Shown: piece by piece, positions 17,923-28,403 of the stretch
Layout of the letters: each line of letters opens with the position of its first letter
Position numbering within the stretch: the stretch's first letter is position 1
Program-made: the position numbers and the translations under genes
Assembly (NCBI GenBank): GCA_965649205.1
Contig: CBFGJV010000004.1
Coordinates: 32,001-96,000 of the forward strand
DNA length: 64,000 nucleotides
Reading direction: 5' to 3'
Origin: a candidate division WOR-3 bacterium
Lineage (GTDB): Bacteria; Hydrothermota; Tepidihabitantia; Tepidihabitantales; Tepidihabitantaceae
Notes under the pieces: generated by a model
Database searches by the model: none
Told to the model about the DNA's origin: nothing
What the model saw: only the letters and a program-made list of their open reading frames with translations

Positions 17923-19932
17923 TTTATCAATTTGGCTTCTGATATCCGAAGTGGCAGCGATATCATCATAGAGCGGCTCAGCCAGACCGTAGCGCACCGT
18001 CCGTTGTTCAAAGAACCGGACCGCTTCCGGTAGCAGAAAACGAGTAAGCTGGGCATAGAGGTGTCTGTCTCCCAACCCAAACCGACGGCTGTAATATCGC
18101 AGGGGAAAATAGACATACAATCTTTCCCTGGCGCGGGTAACGGCTACATAAAACAGGCGACGTTCCTCCTCTATGGAATCCTGGTCCTCGGTAGCCATAT
18201 CCGAAGGAATCATCCCATCGGCGGCATGAATAATATACACTATCTTCCATTCGCAGCCCTTGGCCGAGTGCATTGTAGAAAGTATAAGAAAATCCTCGTC
18301 CTTGCGGGGAGGGCCGGCCAGATCAGCAGTAGATTCTGGCGGGTCCAGCGCCAGGTCAGTGATGAAACTTTGCCTGCTCTTGTATCTCCGGGCAATGTGC
18401 TCCAGCTGCTCCAAGTCCCGAGCGCGCGATAGCGGATTGTCATACAGACGTTCCAGCAGCGGTTCATAATAACCGCGCAACATTTCCACCTGAGCCGCCA
18501 CCTGCATCTTCGTCGAATTCTCCCGCAGCTTTTCCAAAGTCTGCACTAATTCTACAAACTTGTCCTGGGCGGCTTTGGGCATTGAGAACGTCAGCAGAGA
18601 GCGGAAAACAAAACCAGACCGGGCGAGAAAATCAAACGCTTCCTGTGCTTTCTTCGGCCCCACGCCCTCCAGCATTTCCAGCACCCGAAACCAGCTGATG
18701 TCATCCCGGGGATTCTCCACAACCCTCAGCAGGGCCAACAGGTCCTTTACGTGTGCCGCTTCCACAAAACGTAGCCCTCCGTATTTGTGAAAAGGAATGC
18801 CCCGGCGGCTTAATTCCACCTCCAGCATGTCCGAATGGTGACCGGCTCGAAAAAGAACCGCCTGTTCGTGTAGGCTCACCCCCTCCTCCAAATGCTTCAG
18901 AATCGTATCTGCTACCTGCTGGACCTGCTCGGCTTCATCCCGGCAGACGGTCAATATCGGCCGTTGACTACTCTTCCGCTGCGACCAGAGGTTCTTGGTA
19001 TAGCGGAAGGAAGCGGGAGTCATGATAGCATTGGCTGCATCCAGAATCGGCTGTGTGGAGCGGTAATTCTCTTCCAGAGTTACTATCGTAGCATCGGGAA
19101 ACTGCTGAGGAAACTGCAGAATGTTACGGATAGTTGCACCGCGAAAAGCATAGATGGACTGAGCGTCATCACCTACTACGGTGATATTACGATTGTCCTG
19201 GCGCAATTTCTGCAGAATTTCGGCCTGAATAATGTTGGTGTCCTGGTACTCGTCTACCAGTACGTGTTCAAACATTCCGGACAGATACTGCTGCATTCGC
19301 TCTAGGTCCAGAAGATGTTTCCAGAATAAAAGCAGGTCGTCGTAGTCCAGAATCTGTCGTTCCTGCTTGCGTGTCGTGTAACGCCGGAATATCTCCTTGA
19401 GTCCCTGCTCGGCTGACACGCACCAGGGATACTCCTTTTCCAGCACCCTAGACAATGATTCGCCCGAATTGACTACTCGGGAGTATATGTCCCGGATAGT
19501 GGCCTTGCGGGGAAAACGTTTGTCTTTCGCCGCATATCCCAGTTCAGTTCTGATTACTCCCAGGATGTCTGCGGCATCGCTTTCGTCTGCCACGGTGAAC
19601 GAAGGAGACAGCCCTACCAGATGGCCGTACATGCGCAGCAGCCGGTTGGCTACCGCATGAAAAGTACCACCCCACACCCGGTGTACTGACTGCCGGGTGA
19701 GAGAATGCGCCCGGGTAAGCATTTCCTGCGCCGCCCTGCGGGTAAATGTAAGAAGCAGAATTCGTTCTGCCGGCACCCCCTGATGAATCAGCCAGGCCAC
19801 CCGATATGCCAGAGTTCTGGTCTTGCCCGTGCCCGCACCGGCGATGACCAGAAGCGGTCCGGCGCCGTGCGTAACCGCCTTCAGTTGTTGTGGGTTGAGT
19901 GCTTTCACCCAGCTGTCTGGCAGATCGCTCAT
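17908..19932 (-). CDS. UvrD/PcrA-family ATP-dependent DNA helicase
   Basis: AGAGTGKT, TFTRRAA, GTFH, VDEYQD, VGDDAQSIYAFRGA, ENYRS, TMHSAKG, EERRLFYVAVTRA. Confidence 0.95.
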   Translation of the reverse strand: MSDLPDSWVKALNPQQLKAVTHGAGPLLVIAGAGTGKTRTLAYRVAWLIHQGVPAERILLLTFTRRAAQEMLTRAHSLTRQSVHRVWGGTFHAVANRLLRMYGHLVGLSPSFTVADESDAADILGVIRTELGYAAKDKRFPRKATIRDIYSRVVNSGESLSRVLEKEYPWCVSAEQGLKEIFRRYTTRKQERQILDYDDLLLFWKHLLDLERMQQYLSGMFEHVLVDEYQDTNIIQAEILQKLRQDNRNITVVGDDAQSIYAFRGATIRNILQFPQQFPDATIVTLEENYRSTQPILDAANAIMTPASFRYTKNLWSQRKSSQRPILTVCRDEAEQVQQVADTILKHLEEGVSLHEQAVLFRAGHHSDMLEVELSRRGIPFHKYGGLRFVEAAHVKDLLALLRVVENPRDDISWFRVLEMLEGVGPKKAQEAFDFLARSGFVFRSLLTFSMPKAAQDKFVELVQTLEKLRENSTKMQVAAQVEMLRGYYEPLLERLYDNPLSRARDLEQLEHIARRYKSRQSFITDLALDPPESTADLAGPPRKDEDFLILSTMHSAKGCEWKIVYIIHAADGMIPSDMATEDQDSIEEERRLFYVAVTRARERLYVYFPLRYYSRRFGLGDRHLYAQLTRFLLPEAVRFFEQRTVRYGLAEPLYDDIAATSDIRSQIDKLWER

Positions 19933-20014
19933 AGACGATGATTATAACCGAATCTCTACCCCAGACCAGCTGTTATTACGAGCAATTCTTCAGGAAAATG
20001 CGTTCAAGTTTTGG

Positions 20015-20947
20015 CTAAGGTTGAAACAGCTCGGCGCTACGCAGTTCTGGCTCTGTCATGTCCTCCCGCCAGTAGAAATACTGATCGTTACCACTGGGGG
20101 CTTTCCGATTGGTAAGTACGCAGGGATTACCGCGTGCGTCCAAAGCGTGCACCACGACCATACCCAGAAACCCGCCTCTGAGTTGTGCCAGATCGCGTAT
20201 GGCTTCCTGACATGCTTCCTGCACAGACATACCGCATTTCATATATTGCACCACTGAGTGCGCCGTAGCGCAACGTATGGTCATTTCACCTACATTGGTA
20301 CAACCACAGGCTCCAAAACGCGAGTCGGCATACATCCCTGCGCCAATCACCGGAGAATCTCCCAGCCTGCCCGGATAACGGTTGGCCCAACCGGAAGTGC
20401 TGGCTCCGGCCGCCAGACTGCCTCGCTGGTCACGACAAAGGAATACCACCGTGCCCTTGGTGTCCAGGGTACGCGCCGCGGTCCAGGCGTATTCAGCCAG
20501 AGGAACCTCGCGTAGCCGAGGACGCACATCCGCGGGAATATATTTCTCTACCCATTGTTCATACTCCTTTCTGGCTTCCTCGGTAAGCATCTCGGCCCTC
20601 TCCGCTCCTATCTCGGTGGCAAACCTGTTTGCTCCTTCGCCCACCAGAAAAACATGGGGCAGCTTTTCCATCACTTTTCTTGCCACCGAAATAGCATGCA
20701 GAAAGCCAGTCAGGGCGCCGACTGCGCCGGCTTCACGGGTGTCACCATTCATGATAGCCGCATCGCTCTGCATCTGGCCCAGAAGATCAGGAGTTCCGCC
20801 CCGGCCCACAGAGCGTACGCTGGGGTCTGCCTCTGCTGGCATTATGCCCGTCTCTACCACATCCAGCGCCGACCTGCCAGCCCTGAGCGCTTCCTGGGCC
20901 TGCTTTACTCCGGGTCTCCCTTCATAGTTCACCAGAAATGCCATCAT
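20015..20947 (-). CDS. Ntn-hydrolase, isoaspartyl peptidase / glycosylasparaginase family
   Basis: SVGRGG, DAAIM, GTV (nucleophile Thr), STSG, PGRLGDSPVIGAG. Confidence 0.92.
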   Translation of the reverse strand: MMAFLVNYEGRPGVKQAQEALRAGRSALDVVETGIMPAEADPSVRSVGRGGTPDLLGQMQSDAAIMNGDTREAGAVGALTGFLHAISVARKVMEKLPHVFLVGEGANRFATEIGAERAEMLTEEARKEYEQWVEKYIPADVRPRLREVPLAEYAWTAARTLDTKGTVVFLCRDQRGSLAAGASTSGWANRYPGRLGDSPVIGAGMYADSRFGACGCTNVGEMTIRCATAHSVVQYMKCGMSVQEACQEAIRDLAQLRGGFLGMVVVHALDARGNPCVLTNRKAPSGNDQYFYWREDMTEPELRSAELFQP

Positions 20948-21006
20948 TATTCACAACCTCCAGAATCTGTTACTTTTCTAAAAAATGGTAGCTCGGCCCT
21001 TGTATA

Positions 21007-21444
21007 TTATTCCACGAATTTATCCACTCTCACCCAGGGGTCTATAAAACCGCGCTCATTGGCACCCCCGGGTTCGATATAGCAACGGCCTTCTTCTCTG
21101 GTTACTCGCAGTACCAGTCGGTGAGCACCAGGAATGAATTTCACCAGTACGGTGACCTCGTTGCCTTCTACCTTTTCTATAGTGTGATCAAGCAAGGCAA
21201 AACGGTTTATGTCGTAATCGTCAATACTCAGGCCGTTATCTCGCAGCCAGGCGGGAGAAATCAGGGTCTTCATTCCTGCCTGATTGTCGTCCTTCATTGC
21301 CAGAAGAAACTTCCGTACCGTGCGCACTTCTTCTGTTTCCCGTCCCTTACTGCCACAACCAGCCAGCATAGCCCCCAGCAAAACAACCCCAAGCCATACC
21401 GTAAGTTTCCATGTCCGGACTGCGTTCCCCTTTCGGTTTACCAT
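21007..21444 (-). CDS. Lipoprotein (NTF2-like fold possible), paralog of the adjacent gene
   Basis: LAGC lipobox; ATG 21444 preceded by GAAGGGGA; shares LISPxWL and YIxP motifs with its neighbour. Confidence 0.75.
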   Translation of the reverse strand: MVNRKGNAVRTWKLTVWLGVVLLGAMLAGCGSKGRETEEVRTVRKFLLAMKDDNQAGMKTLISPAWLRDNGLSIDDYDINRFALLDHTIEKVEGNEVTVLVKFIPGAHRLVLRVTREEGRCYIEPGGANERGFIDPWVRVDKFVE

Positions 21445-21487
21445 ACAAAATCCCCTTCTCTGTCCGTTACGACTCTTGTCCTGCTGA

Positions 21488-21931
21488 CTATTCTTTTTTC
21501 GGTCCTTCTTCTGTCTTCTGCCAAGGCTGAATGACATTCCCCTCCAGCTTGGCAGGCAGGATATAAGGTTCATCATCTTCGATTACCACCCGAAACCACA
21601 AATAGCGGGTTGATCCATCCGGCATATGAAGCAAGACCTTCATATCTTTGCCGTCCTGCCCCACTATCTCATAATCCTCCGGGTAATACTGATTCACACT
21701 CACCGAATCAATGTTCACCTTGTTTTTTGCCAGCCAGGACGGAGAAATTAATTCCTTCAAATCGTCCTGATCGCCGTCCACCATGGCGTCCATAAAATCC
21801 TCCACCGCATACTCGGCATCTTCCGCCGGAGCGATTATCATCCGGTTAAAACAGGAGGCACAAACAACCGCCAGTCCCATAGCCATAAACAGCATCGTCA
21901 TTCTCAACTTCTTTTCTGTTACGCCCTGCAT
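21488..21931 (-). CDS. Lipoprotein (NTF2-like fold possible)
   Basis: Hydrophobic signal ending CASC; AGGAG ribosome-binding site. Confidence 0.75.
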   Translation of the reverse strand: MQGVTEKKLRMTMLFMAMGLAVVCASCFNRMIIAPAEDAEYAVEDFMDAMVDGDQDDLKELISPSWLAKNKVNIDSVSVNQYYPEDYEIVGQDGKDMKVLLHMPDGSTRYLWFRVVIEDDEPYILPAKLEGNVIQPWQKTEEGPKKE

Positions 21932-21943
21932 GCTTACTCCTTT

Positions 21944-22588
21944 CTATTCTACTAGCAATAAGTTTACATAACGTGGCGACTCGCGCCTGTCTTTCACTAC
22001 TTCCAGCCTGATCCCGACATTGCGGCAAGTGGCATATACGTCTATACCGCATGCCTCCATCGCCGGCCGGGCCAGTTCAGGAAACTTGCATCTTTCTCCG
22101 GGCCGGCAGGTAGCACAGAACCGGCACGGTCCCGCGCCGAACCCGAAAGCCTTGTAATAACCATCAAGAAACGCAGTTCTTTCCAGCTGGGCCAGAAAAC
22201 GTTGCATGCTGTCTGCCGACAGACGGGCACCATTGTAGGCATATATAACCGCCCAGCGATACTCCTGCAACACCTGCCGAGTCTTTTCTGGGACAGGCGA
22301 AAACGGAGGACAACACAACCTCTTGTTGTAGCCCGAACATTCGTACTGACACTTAAGCCTTACCCACTCTGCTGTCACCACATTCCGTGCCGATATAATT
22401 CTGGCCTCATCGGCCCCCTGAGCCAGGACGAGCTGCTTATACTTTTGAAGTCTTGCTGGCGCCGGCACAGGCTGCAGTATATCATACTTCATCCCCGGCG
22501 CAATAACCCGGCAACTGACCTCAGGAAAAACTCCCTCACCAGATTCGTCCCCGCACACCAAAGTTGGCTCACCTGTCCCCGGATTCAC
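21944..22588 (-). CDS. DUF2284 family metal-binding protein
   Basis: VRLKCQYEC..Y....CCPP, GPCRFCATC, C.FP..ARPAMEACGIDV. The start may instead be ATG 22492. Confidence 0.88.
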   Translation of the reverse strand: MNPGTGEPTLVCGDESGEGVFPEVSCRVIAPGMKYDILQPVPAPARLQKYKQLVLAQGADEARIISARNVVTAEWVRLKCQYECSGYNKRLCCPPFSPVPEKTRQVLQEYRWAVIYAYNGARLSADSMQRFLAQLERTAFLDGYYKAFGFGAGPCRFCATCRPGERCKFPELARPAMEACGIDVYATCRNVGIRLEVVKDRRESPRYVNLLLVE

Positions 22589-22886
22589 GATTTAGTTACC
22601 ATGTAATTCTGCAAACTAACTTGCAAAATCTCCGGCAACCGCATCTGCTAAGCTTCCGCCAAGCAAACTTCTTCCCCCATCGGCAATTCTCCCTTCAGAC
22701 AGACTGTCCTACCGCCAATGCTACGAAATCAGAAACAGTTGTTCTAACCGACGATAAAATAAAGAGATAAGCGCAATCCTTATCTACCTGCCCAGCCACT
22801 GGGGGAGTCGTTCCCCCCTCTGAGGGAGCAGCAGACCGCAAAACAGTCTTACCAGCAGGAACCGGGTATGGCCAGACAAGACACAG

Positions 22887-22920
22887 AAAAAGCGGCGGGG
22901 CGGCCCAAGCCGCCCCCGCC
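22887..22920 (-). terminator. Intrinsic terminator after asnA
   Basis: GC-rich hairpin GGCGGGGGCGGC-TTGG-GCCGCCCCGCC followed by GCTTTTT on the minus strand. Confidence 0.8.
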
Positions 22921-22938
22921 AACCTATCTATGCAGACG

Positions 22939-24213
22939 CTATTTAAGCACAAATATATTGTGCCGTTCGCAGATTTCGTGCAGCTGTTTGGGCCAGACCG
23001 TAACCGTAACTTCGCCAATGTGCGCCTTGCGCAGGAGCAACATCTGCAGTCTTCCCTGGCCGATACCGCCGCCAATGGACAGTGGTATTTCGTCGTTCAT
23101 TATCATTTTGTGATAGGGCAACTCCAGCCGGTCGAGCTGACCAGCCAGCTCTAGCTGCTTTACCAGCGTCTCTTTCGTTACGCGAATGCCCATAGAGGAA
23201 AGTTCGTGGCGCCGTTTGGTCAAATGATTCCAGACCAGAATGTCGCCGTTGAGACCGTGTGTATCCTTGCCGGTTTCCTTGGAGGTATCTGTCACCCAGT
23301 CGTCGTAATCTGCAGCCCGCATTTCGTGCGGGAAGCCGTCCTTGAGCACCCAGCCGATACCAATGATAAACACCGCCGGTGAGTAATCCTGCAATATTCT
23401 GGTCTCACGTTGCTTACGAGGCAGGTCCGGATAGCGATCCAAAATTTCTTCGGCGTGAATGAAAGTGATTTCCTTGGGCAGGTTGGGGTAGCGCGGGTCT
23501 TTGAGCTGAGGGTACAGCTCCTGTACAAATTCTTCGGCACCGGTAATTACCTTCCATATCTTCCGCACAATCATTTTCAAAAATTCCAGGTTCCGGTCCT
23601 CAGCAGTGATGACCCTTTCCCAATCCCACTGGTCCACATAGGAAGAATGGTCGTGGTCTAAGAAGTAGTCCTTGCGCACCGCCCGCATATCGGTATTGAT
23701 GCCTTCGCCCACCTGACAGCCGTACTGCTTCAAGGCCCAGCGCTTCCACTTGGTTGCGGCCTGTACTATCTGGGCATTGATGCGAGGAGAGATGCCCAGC
23801 CCGCAGGGAAATTCAACTGGCGTGCGCGACCCGTCGCGGTCCAAGTTGTCGTTCATACCGCTTTCCCGTTCCACAATCAGCGGCACCTGCACCATCTGGA
23901 GATTGAGTTCTTTGGCTAGATTGTCCTCCACGTAACGCTTGACGGCGTAGATGGCGCGCTGAGTTTCCTTGTTATCCAATATGGGACGATAATCAACCGG
24001 AAGCAGTTTTTCCACCTCTTCGTAAGTGGAAACGCCGGGACCGGCCAGGTCTGCGGCTTTACCCGTCTTGCCCGGCTTCGGCATGAATGTGGCGGTCTGC
24101 GGCTGGGTGTTGCGGGTTCTGGATACTGCCTTGCGCGCTTTGACTTTCTTTGTGGTCTTGGCCTTCAAACGCTTAGGGGCTTTCTTGCCTGCCTTCTTTT
24201 TTTTCGTTGCCAT
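22939..24213 (-). CDS. asnA: Aspartate--ammonia ligase with a Lys-rich N-terminal extension
   Basis: KWKR, HSSYVDQWDWE, RAADYDDW, LNGDIL, ELSSMGIRV, SIGGGIGQ.R, HIGEV. Confidence 0.95.
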   Translation of the reverse strand: MATKKKKAGKKAPKRLKAKTTKKVKARKAVSRTRNTQPQTATFMPKPGKTGKAADLAGPGVSTYEEVEKLLPVDYRPILDNKETQRAIYAVKRYVEDNLAKELNLQMVQVPLIVERESGMNDNLDRDGSRTPVEFPCGLGISPRINAQIVQAATKWKRWALKQYGCQVGEGINTDMRAVRKDYFLDHDHSSYVDQWDWERVITAEDRNLEFLKMIVRKIWKVITGAEEFVQELYPQLKDPRYPNLPKEITFIHAEEILDRYPDLPRKQRETRILQDYSPAVFIIGIGWVLKDGFPHEMRAADYDDWVTDTSKETGKDTHGLNGDILVWNHLTKRRHELSSMGIRVTKETLVKQLELAGQLDRLELPYHKMIMNDEIPLSIGGGIGQGRLQMLLLRKAHIGEVTVTVWPKQLHEICERHNIFVLK

Positions 24214-24268
24214 CGTGCTGACTCCTTTTTGAAAGTTGCTAGTTTGTTACGTCATCTCTACCGGGCAG

Positions 24269-24342
24269 AGAATACAAGGAGGTGTCAAGCTGTCAAGCCT
24301 GTCCGGAGGTCTTATTGACCGGCAGAGCAACTGAACTACAAT
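24269..24342. promoter_or_regulatory. Divergent sigma70-type promoters for asnA and glnA
   Basis: Minus: TTGACA (24296-24291), N16, TATTCT. Plus: TTGACC (24315-24320), N16, TACAAT. Confidence 0.7.
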
Positions 24343-24371
24343 CACGACCAGACTGTCAAACTGGAGGAAAA

Positions 24372-25700
24372 ATGACTCGTCTTTCTACCACCGAAGTGCT
24401 CAAGCTCGTAAAGAAGCGCCGCGTCAGATTCATACAGCTGTGGTTCACTGATGTGCTGGGTTTTCTCAAAGGTATCACCATACCTGCTCACGAATTGCCC
24501 CGCGCTTTTGACCACGGCATAGCTTTCGATGGTTCTTCCATCGAAGGTTTTGCGCGAATCGAGGAATCGGATATGGTTGTGGTGCCGGACGCTGCCACCT
24601 TTGCTGTGCTCCCTTGGGAAGTACAGAAGGAGAAGGCTGGCCGCATATTTGCCGATGTATTGACGCCATCGGGCAGACCGGTGAGTTCTGACCCGCGGCA
24701 TGTGTTGCGCCGGGTGGTGGAGCGATGTCGCCGGCTGGGCTATGTGCCTTATGCCGGTTGTGAGCTGGAATGTTTTTACTTCCAGAATCCATATCGACCG
24801 GAATTTGTTGACCATTCCGGCTATTTTGATCTCACGCCGGTTGCCACAGCCGAACGGGTAAGGCACGACACCGCCGTGGCTCTGGAAGCCCTGGGTGTGT
24901 CTGTAGAATACAGCCATCACGAAGTATCGCAGAGTCAACACGAAGTTGACCTACGTTATTGCGATGCACTCACCATGGCCGACAATGTGGTAACCGCCCG
25001 TTTTGTCGCCAAGCAGGTGGCCCAGGCTAACAATGTGCATATCAGCTTCATGCCCAAACCAGTTTTCGGCATCAACGGCTCTGGTATGCACGTCCATCTT
25101 TCCCTTTTCAGAAAGGGCCGGAATCAGTTTTTCGAAGCCGGCAAACCGTTTCTGCTTTCCGATACGGCGCGACATTTTATAGCCGGGCTGCTGAAATACG
25201 CGCGGGAGATGACCGCGATCACTAACCAGTGGGTGAACTCTTACAAACGGCTGGTACCGGGCTACGAAGCACCAGTGTATGTGTCTTGGGCGCAGATGAA
25301 CCGTTCTGCTCTGGTGCGGGTCCCAGCTTTTGACGCCCGCCGGCCCCAGGCCTGCAGGGCTGAATATCGCTCTCCTGACCCGGCGTGCAATCCCTATCTT
25401 GCTTTCGCCTGTCTTTTTGCCGCCGGATTGGAAGGTATAGAGCAGAAACTGAAGCTTGGCCCGCCCACTTCCGATAACATCTACCGGATGACAGAGGAAG
25501 AACGCAAGGCCGCAGGCATAGAGTCCCTTCCCTCCGACCTTTTCGGCGCGGTAAAGGAAGCCGAGTCCAGTCAGTTTGTGCGGGCCACTTTGGGCGATCA
25601 ACTCTTTGAGCACTTCATCCGCAATAAGAAACTAGAATGGGATGAATACAAATCGCAGGTCACAGAATATGAAATAAGGCGCTATCTGCCGATTCTTTAG
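24372..25700 (+). CDS. glnA: Glutamine synthetase type I
   Basis: [79 protein letters not shown] before ATG 24372. Confidence 0.97.
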   Translation: MTRLSTTEVLKLVKKRRVRFIQLWFTDVLGFLKGITIPAHELPRAFDHGIAFDGSSIEGFARIEESDMVVVPDAATFAVLPWEVQKEKAGRIFADVLTPSGRPVSSDPRHVLRRVVERCRRLGYVPYAGCELECFYFQNPYRPEFVDHSGYFDLTPVATAERVRHDTAVALEALGVSVEYSHHEVSQSQHEVDLRYCDALTMADNVVTARFVAKQVAQANNVHISFMPKPVFGINGSGMHVHLSLFRKGRNQFFEAGKPFLLSDTARHFIAGLLKYAREMTAITNQWVNSYKRLVPGYEAPVYVSWAQMNRSALVRVPAFDARRPQACRAEYRSPDPACNPYLAFACLFAAGLEGIEQKLKLGPPTSDNIYRMTEEERKAAGIESLPSDLFGAVKEAESSQFVRATLGDQLFEHFIRNKKLEWDEYKSQVTEYEIRRYLPIL

Positions 25701-25806
25701 CGCCCTTTGCGCGGAAAACTGGTCTAAGAACAGAATGAAGTTTCTGACGCTTGTCTGGATTGTTTTCCCACTCTGGACTCTAGATGCTAGATGTAGAAAG
25801 GAGAAT

Positions 25807-26301
25807 ATGTTGCCTCGTACACAGCTTGCCACCTTTGCCGCCGGCTGTTTCTGGGGCGTACAGGCGGAATTTGACCGCCTGCCCGGTGTCGTCGCCACGA
25901 CTGTTGGTTACACCGGAGGACACACGGAAAACCCCACTTACCGCCAGGTATGCTCTGATACCACCGGTCACGCAGAAGCAGTGCTGGTTGAGTATGACCC
26001 GCAGCAAGTAAGCTATGAGGAACTACTGGAGTTGTTCTGGCAGATACATGACCCTACTACACCGAATCAGCAGGGACCCGACGTCGGCAGTCAATACCGC
26101 TCCGCCATATTTTACCACTCCGAAGCGCAGAAAACGGCAGCGCTGGCTTCTCGCGCCAGGCTGGTAGCTTCGGGAAAGTTTAGGCGACCAATAGTTACAG
26201 AGATAGTGCCGGCTACCCGCTTCTGGCCGGCCGAAGCGTATCATCAGAAGTACTTTGCCCGACGCGGAGGCGGCTCCTGCCACTTGCGCGGCAAACAGTA
26301 A
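25807..26301 (+). CDS. msrA: Peptide-methionine (S)-S-oxide reductase
   Basis: [47 protein letters not shown]. Confidence 0.96.
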   Translation: MLPRTQLATFAAGCFWGVQAEFDRLPGVVATTVGYTGGHTENPTYRQVCSDTTGHAEAVLVEYDPQQVSYEELLELFWQIHDPTTPNQQGPDVGSQYRSAIFYHSEAQKTAALASRARLVASGKFRRPIVTEIVPATRFWPAEAYHQKYFARRGGGSCHLRGKQ

Positions 26302-26317
26302 CTAGCATAGCCTATTT

Positions 26318-27601
26318 CTAGCGTCCGGGTTCTCGTATAACTCGCAACCTTCCGGAATCGGCCAGCAGCTCTGCGGGGCGGGGCCGACTCATAAAATCCA
26401 AAAGGCTCATTGTGTAACCGTAGGCACCGGTATTGACAAATCCTACAATGTCGCCCACCCTGGGCTCAGGCAGCATCTCTCCCCGGCCCAGGCAGTCTAG
26501 AGGCGTACAGATGGGACCGCAGATGTCCACTTCTGTGGCAGCTGACTCCAGCGGCCGGTTTAAAAGGCGGGCCGGATGGCGGATGCGCATAAAAACTGGC
26601 CGGCTGAAACTGTTCATTCCTCCGTCGCAGATTGCGAGGATGCGGCCCCGAGAGCGTTTCACCCTCACTATTCTGGTAAGAAAAACCCCGGCCTCTGCCA
26701 CCAGATATCTGCCCGACTCTAGAAGCATCCGGCAACCCGGATAATCCCGACGCAGAGCCGAAATTACCGGCCTGACTCTCTCTACCACCTGCGCCAAGTC
26801 CAGCTCCCTTTCTTGTTCGGTGTAGGGGATGCCAAAACCTCCGCCGAAATCCACAGTCTCTAGACGACAGCCGAGCTCCTGGGAAATCCTTCGTGCCAGT
26901 TCAACCACATAGACGATATGCTCGGCCAGAAAACCGGCGTCCAGCACCTGGCTGGCAGAATAAACCTGAATGCCAGCTATTCTGGCCCAACGATTACGCA
27001 CCGGCCGCACCTGATTTATCACTTCTTCCTCATCAAATCCGAATTTGCTGGGACCGCCCACCATTACTTCCTTGGCTTCGGGCCGACGCTCAAAGGTGTT
27101 GATACGCAGTAGTACCGACACTTCCCGCTTCCTGCGTGCGGCCTCCTTTTCAATCATCTCCAGGTCTTCAACCGCATCTGCCACCAGCGCCCTGATGCCA
27201 GTGGCAACAGCCAAGGTCACATCCTCTTTTCGCTTGGCGGGTGCTACATACACTATATCCTGAGGTTTAAAGCCTGCCTGCAATGCCGTAGTCAGCTCTG
27301 CCTCTGAACTTACCTCTGCGCCGGCGCCTCCAGAACGTAAAAGGCGGCATATTTCCACATTAGGATTTGCCTTCAATGAATAGCAAACCGTAAAATCGGA
27401 AAAGTACCGCTGCAGAAGCCGCAACCGGCAGCGTATGACAGAGGCAGAATATACGTAGCAGGGAGTTCCCCGCCTACGCACGATTCTCTGCAGACCCACC
27501 CGGTCTGCCTCAAATCGTCCGCGTCGGATGAAGAACTCCGCAAACCTCAGCCCTGAAGCCGGCATGTTTTCTATTCGCCGGCTCTGTTCTTTTGTCTTCA
27601 T
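26318..27601 (-). CDS. Type III PLP-dependent decarboxylase (LysA/BtrK-like)
   Basis: YSLKANP (PLP Lys), SKFG, DFGGG, ESGRYLV, GPICTPLD, GAYG. It has QVYSASQ where canonical LysA has HxHIGSQ. Confidence 0.88.
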   Translation of the reverse strand: MKTKEQSRRIENMPASGLRFAEFFIRRGRFEADRVGLQRIVRRRGTPCYVYSASVIRCRLRLLQRYFSDFTVCYSLKANPNVEICRLLRSGGAGAEVSSEAELTTALQAGFKPQDIVYVAPAKRKEDVTLAVATGIRALVADAVEDLEMIEKEAARRKREVSVLLRINTFERRPEAKEVMVGGPSKFGFDEEEVINQVRPVRNRWARIAGIQVYSASQVLDAGFLAEHIVYVVELARRISQELGCRLETVDFGGGFGIPYTEQERELDLAQVVERVRPVISALRRDYPGCRMLLESGRYLVAEAGVFLTRIVRVKRSRGRILAICDGGMNSFSRPVFMRIRHPARLLNRPLESAATEVDICGPICTPLDCLGRGEMLPEPRVGDIVGFVNTGAYGYTMSLLDFMSRPRPAELLADSGRLRVIREPGR

Positions 27602-28401
27602 TTTCTATACACCTCAATTCGGCTCACACCCTGAAAGATATAGAACGGAAACGGTTCGGAAACTACCGCGTCTATTCCCAGAAGGCGACAGTATTCCTCT
27701 CCAAAATTGGCCCCGGTTTCGGCAAAAATCAGAAGCTTCGCCCCTGCCCGGCTCGCTGTCTCCACCAGCATTTCCAGAGTATCGGTAGCAATAGTCATAC
27801 CGGTCACTATCGCCAGGTCACAGTTCCCCACCAGGTCTAAGGTTCTGGAGCCGTCTTCCACCTTTACGCCGTGGATGACCCTGCCCACCATGTCTCGTTC
27901 CAAGTCACTGGCCATTACCTCAAAGCCGCGCAACCGCAATCCCCTAATTACATTTCCCACCACTCCCACATTAACCACCCTAGGCTTGCGGTTTGCGACA
28001 GCAGTCAGCAGTCTCTCCGCTTCGCTCAAAATGACGCCGGTACGGAAGTCCGTCTTCTGAATCGCATCACCGGAGAACTCGTACGCTGCGGCCGGTTTTC
28101 TGGGCACAGAAGCGTACAAAGCGTCGAGGGTAGCTATGGAGATGCAACTCTTCTCGCCAATAATCTCGCGCGCATCCCGTCCCACGAGCATTCTTCCTCT
28201 TTCATCGTCGCCCGTGCAATAACAGCAACCCTGTCCTCGGGTCATTACCAGCCAGAAGGTATAAAAGAAAGTACGTTCGTCCGGATTCGGTCGGAAGGCG
28301 AGCTCCACCTTCCAGATGCCGCGTACCAGAAAGTCATCGTCCGGGCGTCCCTCGTAGTGCCGCAGCGCCCGTTCTCGCAACAAGGCAAAAGCATCTAACA
28401 T
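27598..28401 (-). CDS. DUF364-like Rossmann-fold protein
   Basis: IATLDALYAS, VVNVGVVG, CDLAIVTGMTIATDT. Start ATG 28401 follows the upstream stop; ATGA overlap with the decarboxylase. Confidence 0.75.
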   Translation of the reverse strand: MLDAFALLRERALRHYEGRPDDDFLVRGIWKVELAFRPNPDERTFFYTFWLVMTRGQGCCYCTGDDERGRMLVGRDAREIIGEKSCISIATLDALYASVPRKPAAAYEFSGDAIQKTDFRTGVILSEAERLLTAVANRKPRVVNVGVVGNVIRGLRLRGFEVMASDLERDMVGRVIHGVKVEDGSRTLDLVGNCDLAIVTGMTIATDTLEMLVETASRAGAKLLIFAETGANFGEEYCRLLGIDAVVSEPFPFYIFQGVSRIEVYRK

Positions 28402-28403
28402 TT

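Noticed and set aside
22590..22885. ~300-nt intergenic region as a possible ncRNA
   Set aside because: Only a short hairpin (GGGGGA...TCCCCC) is visible and I recognise no RNA family motif.
26318..27601. Naming the decarboxylase lysA
   Set aside because: Substrate-determining motifs differ from canonical LysA and the operon context is not lysine biosynthesis.
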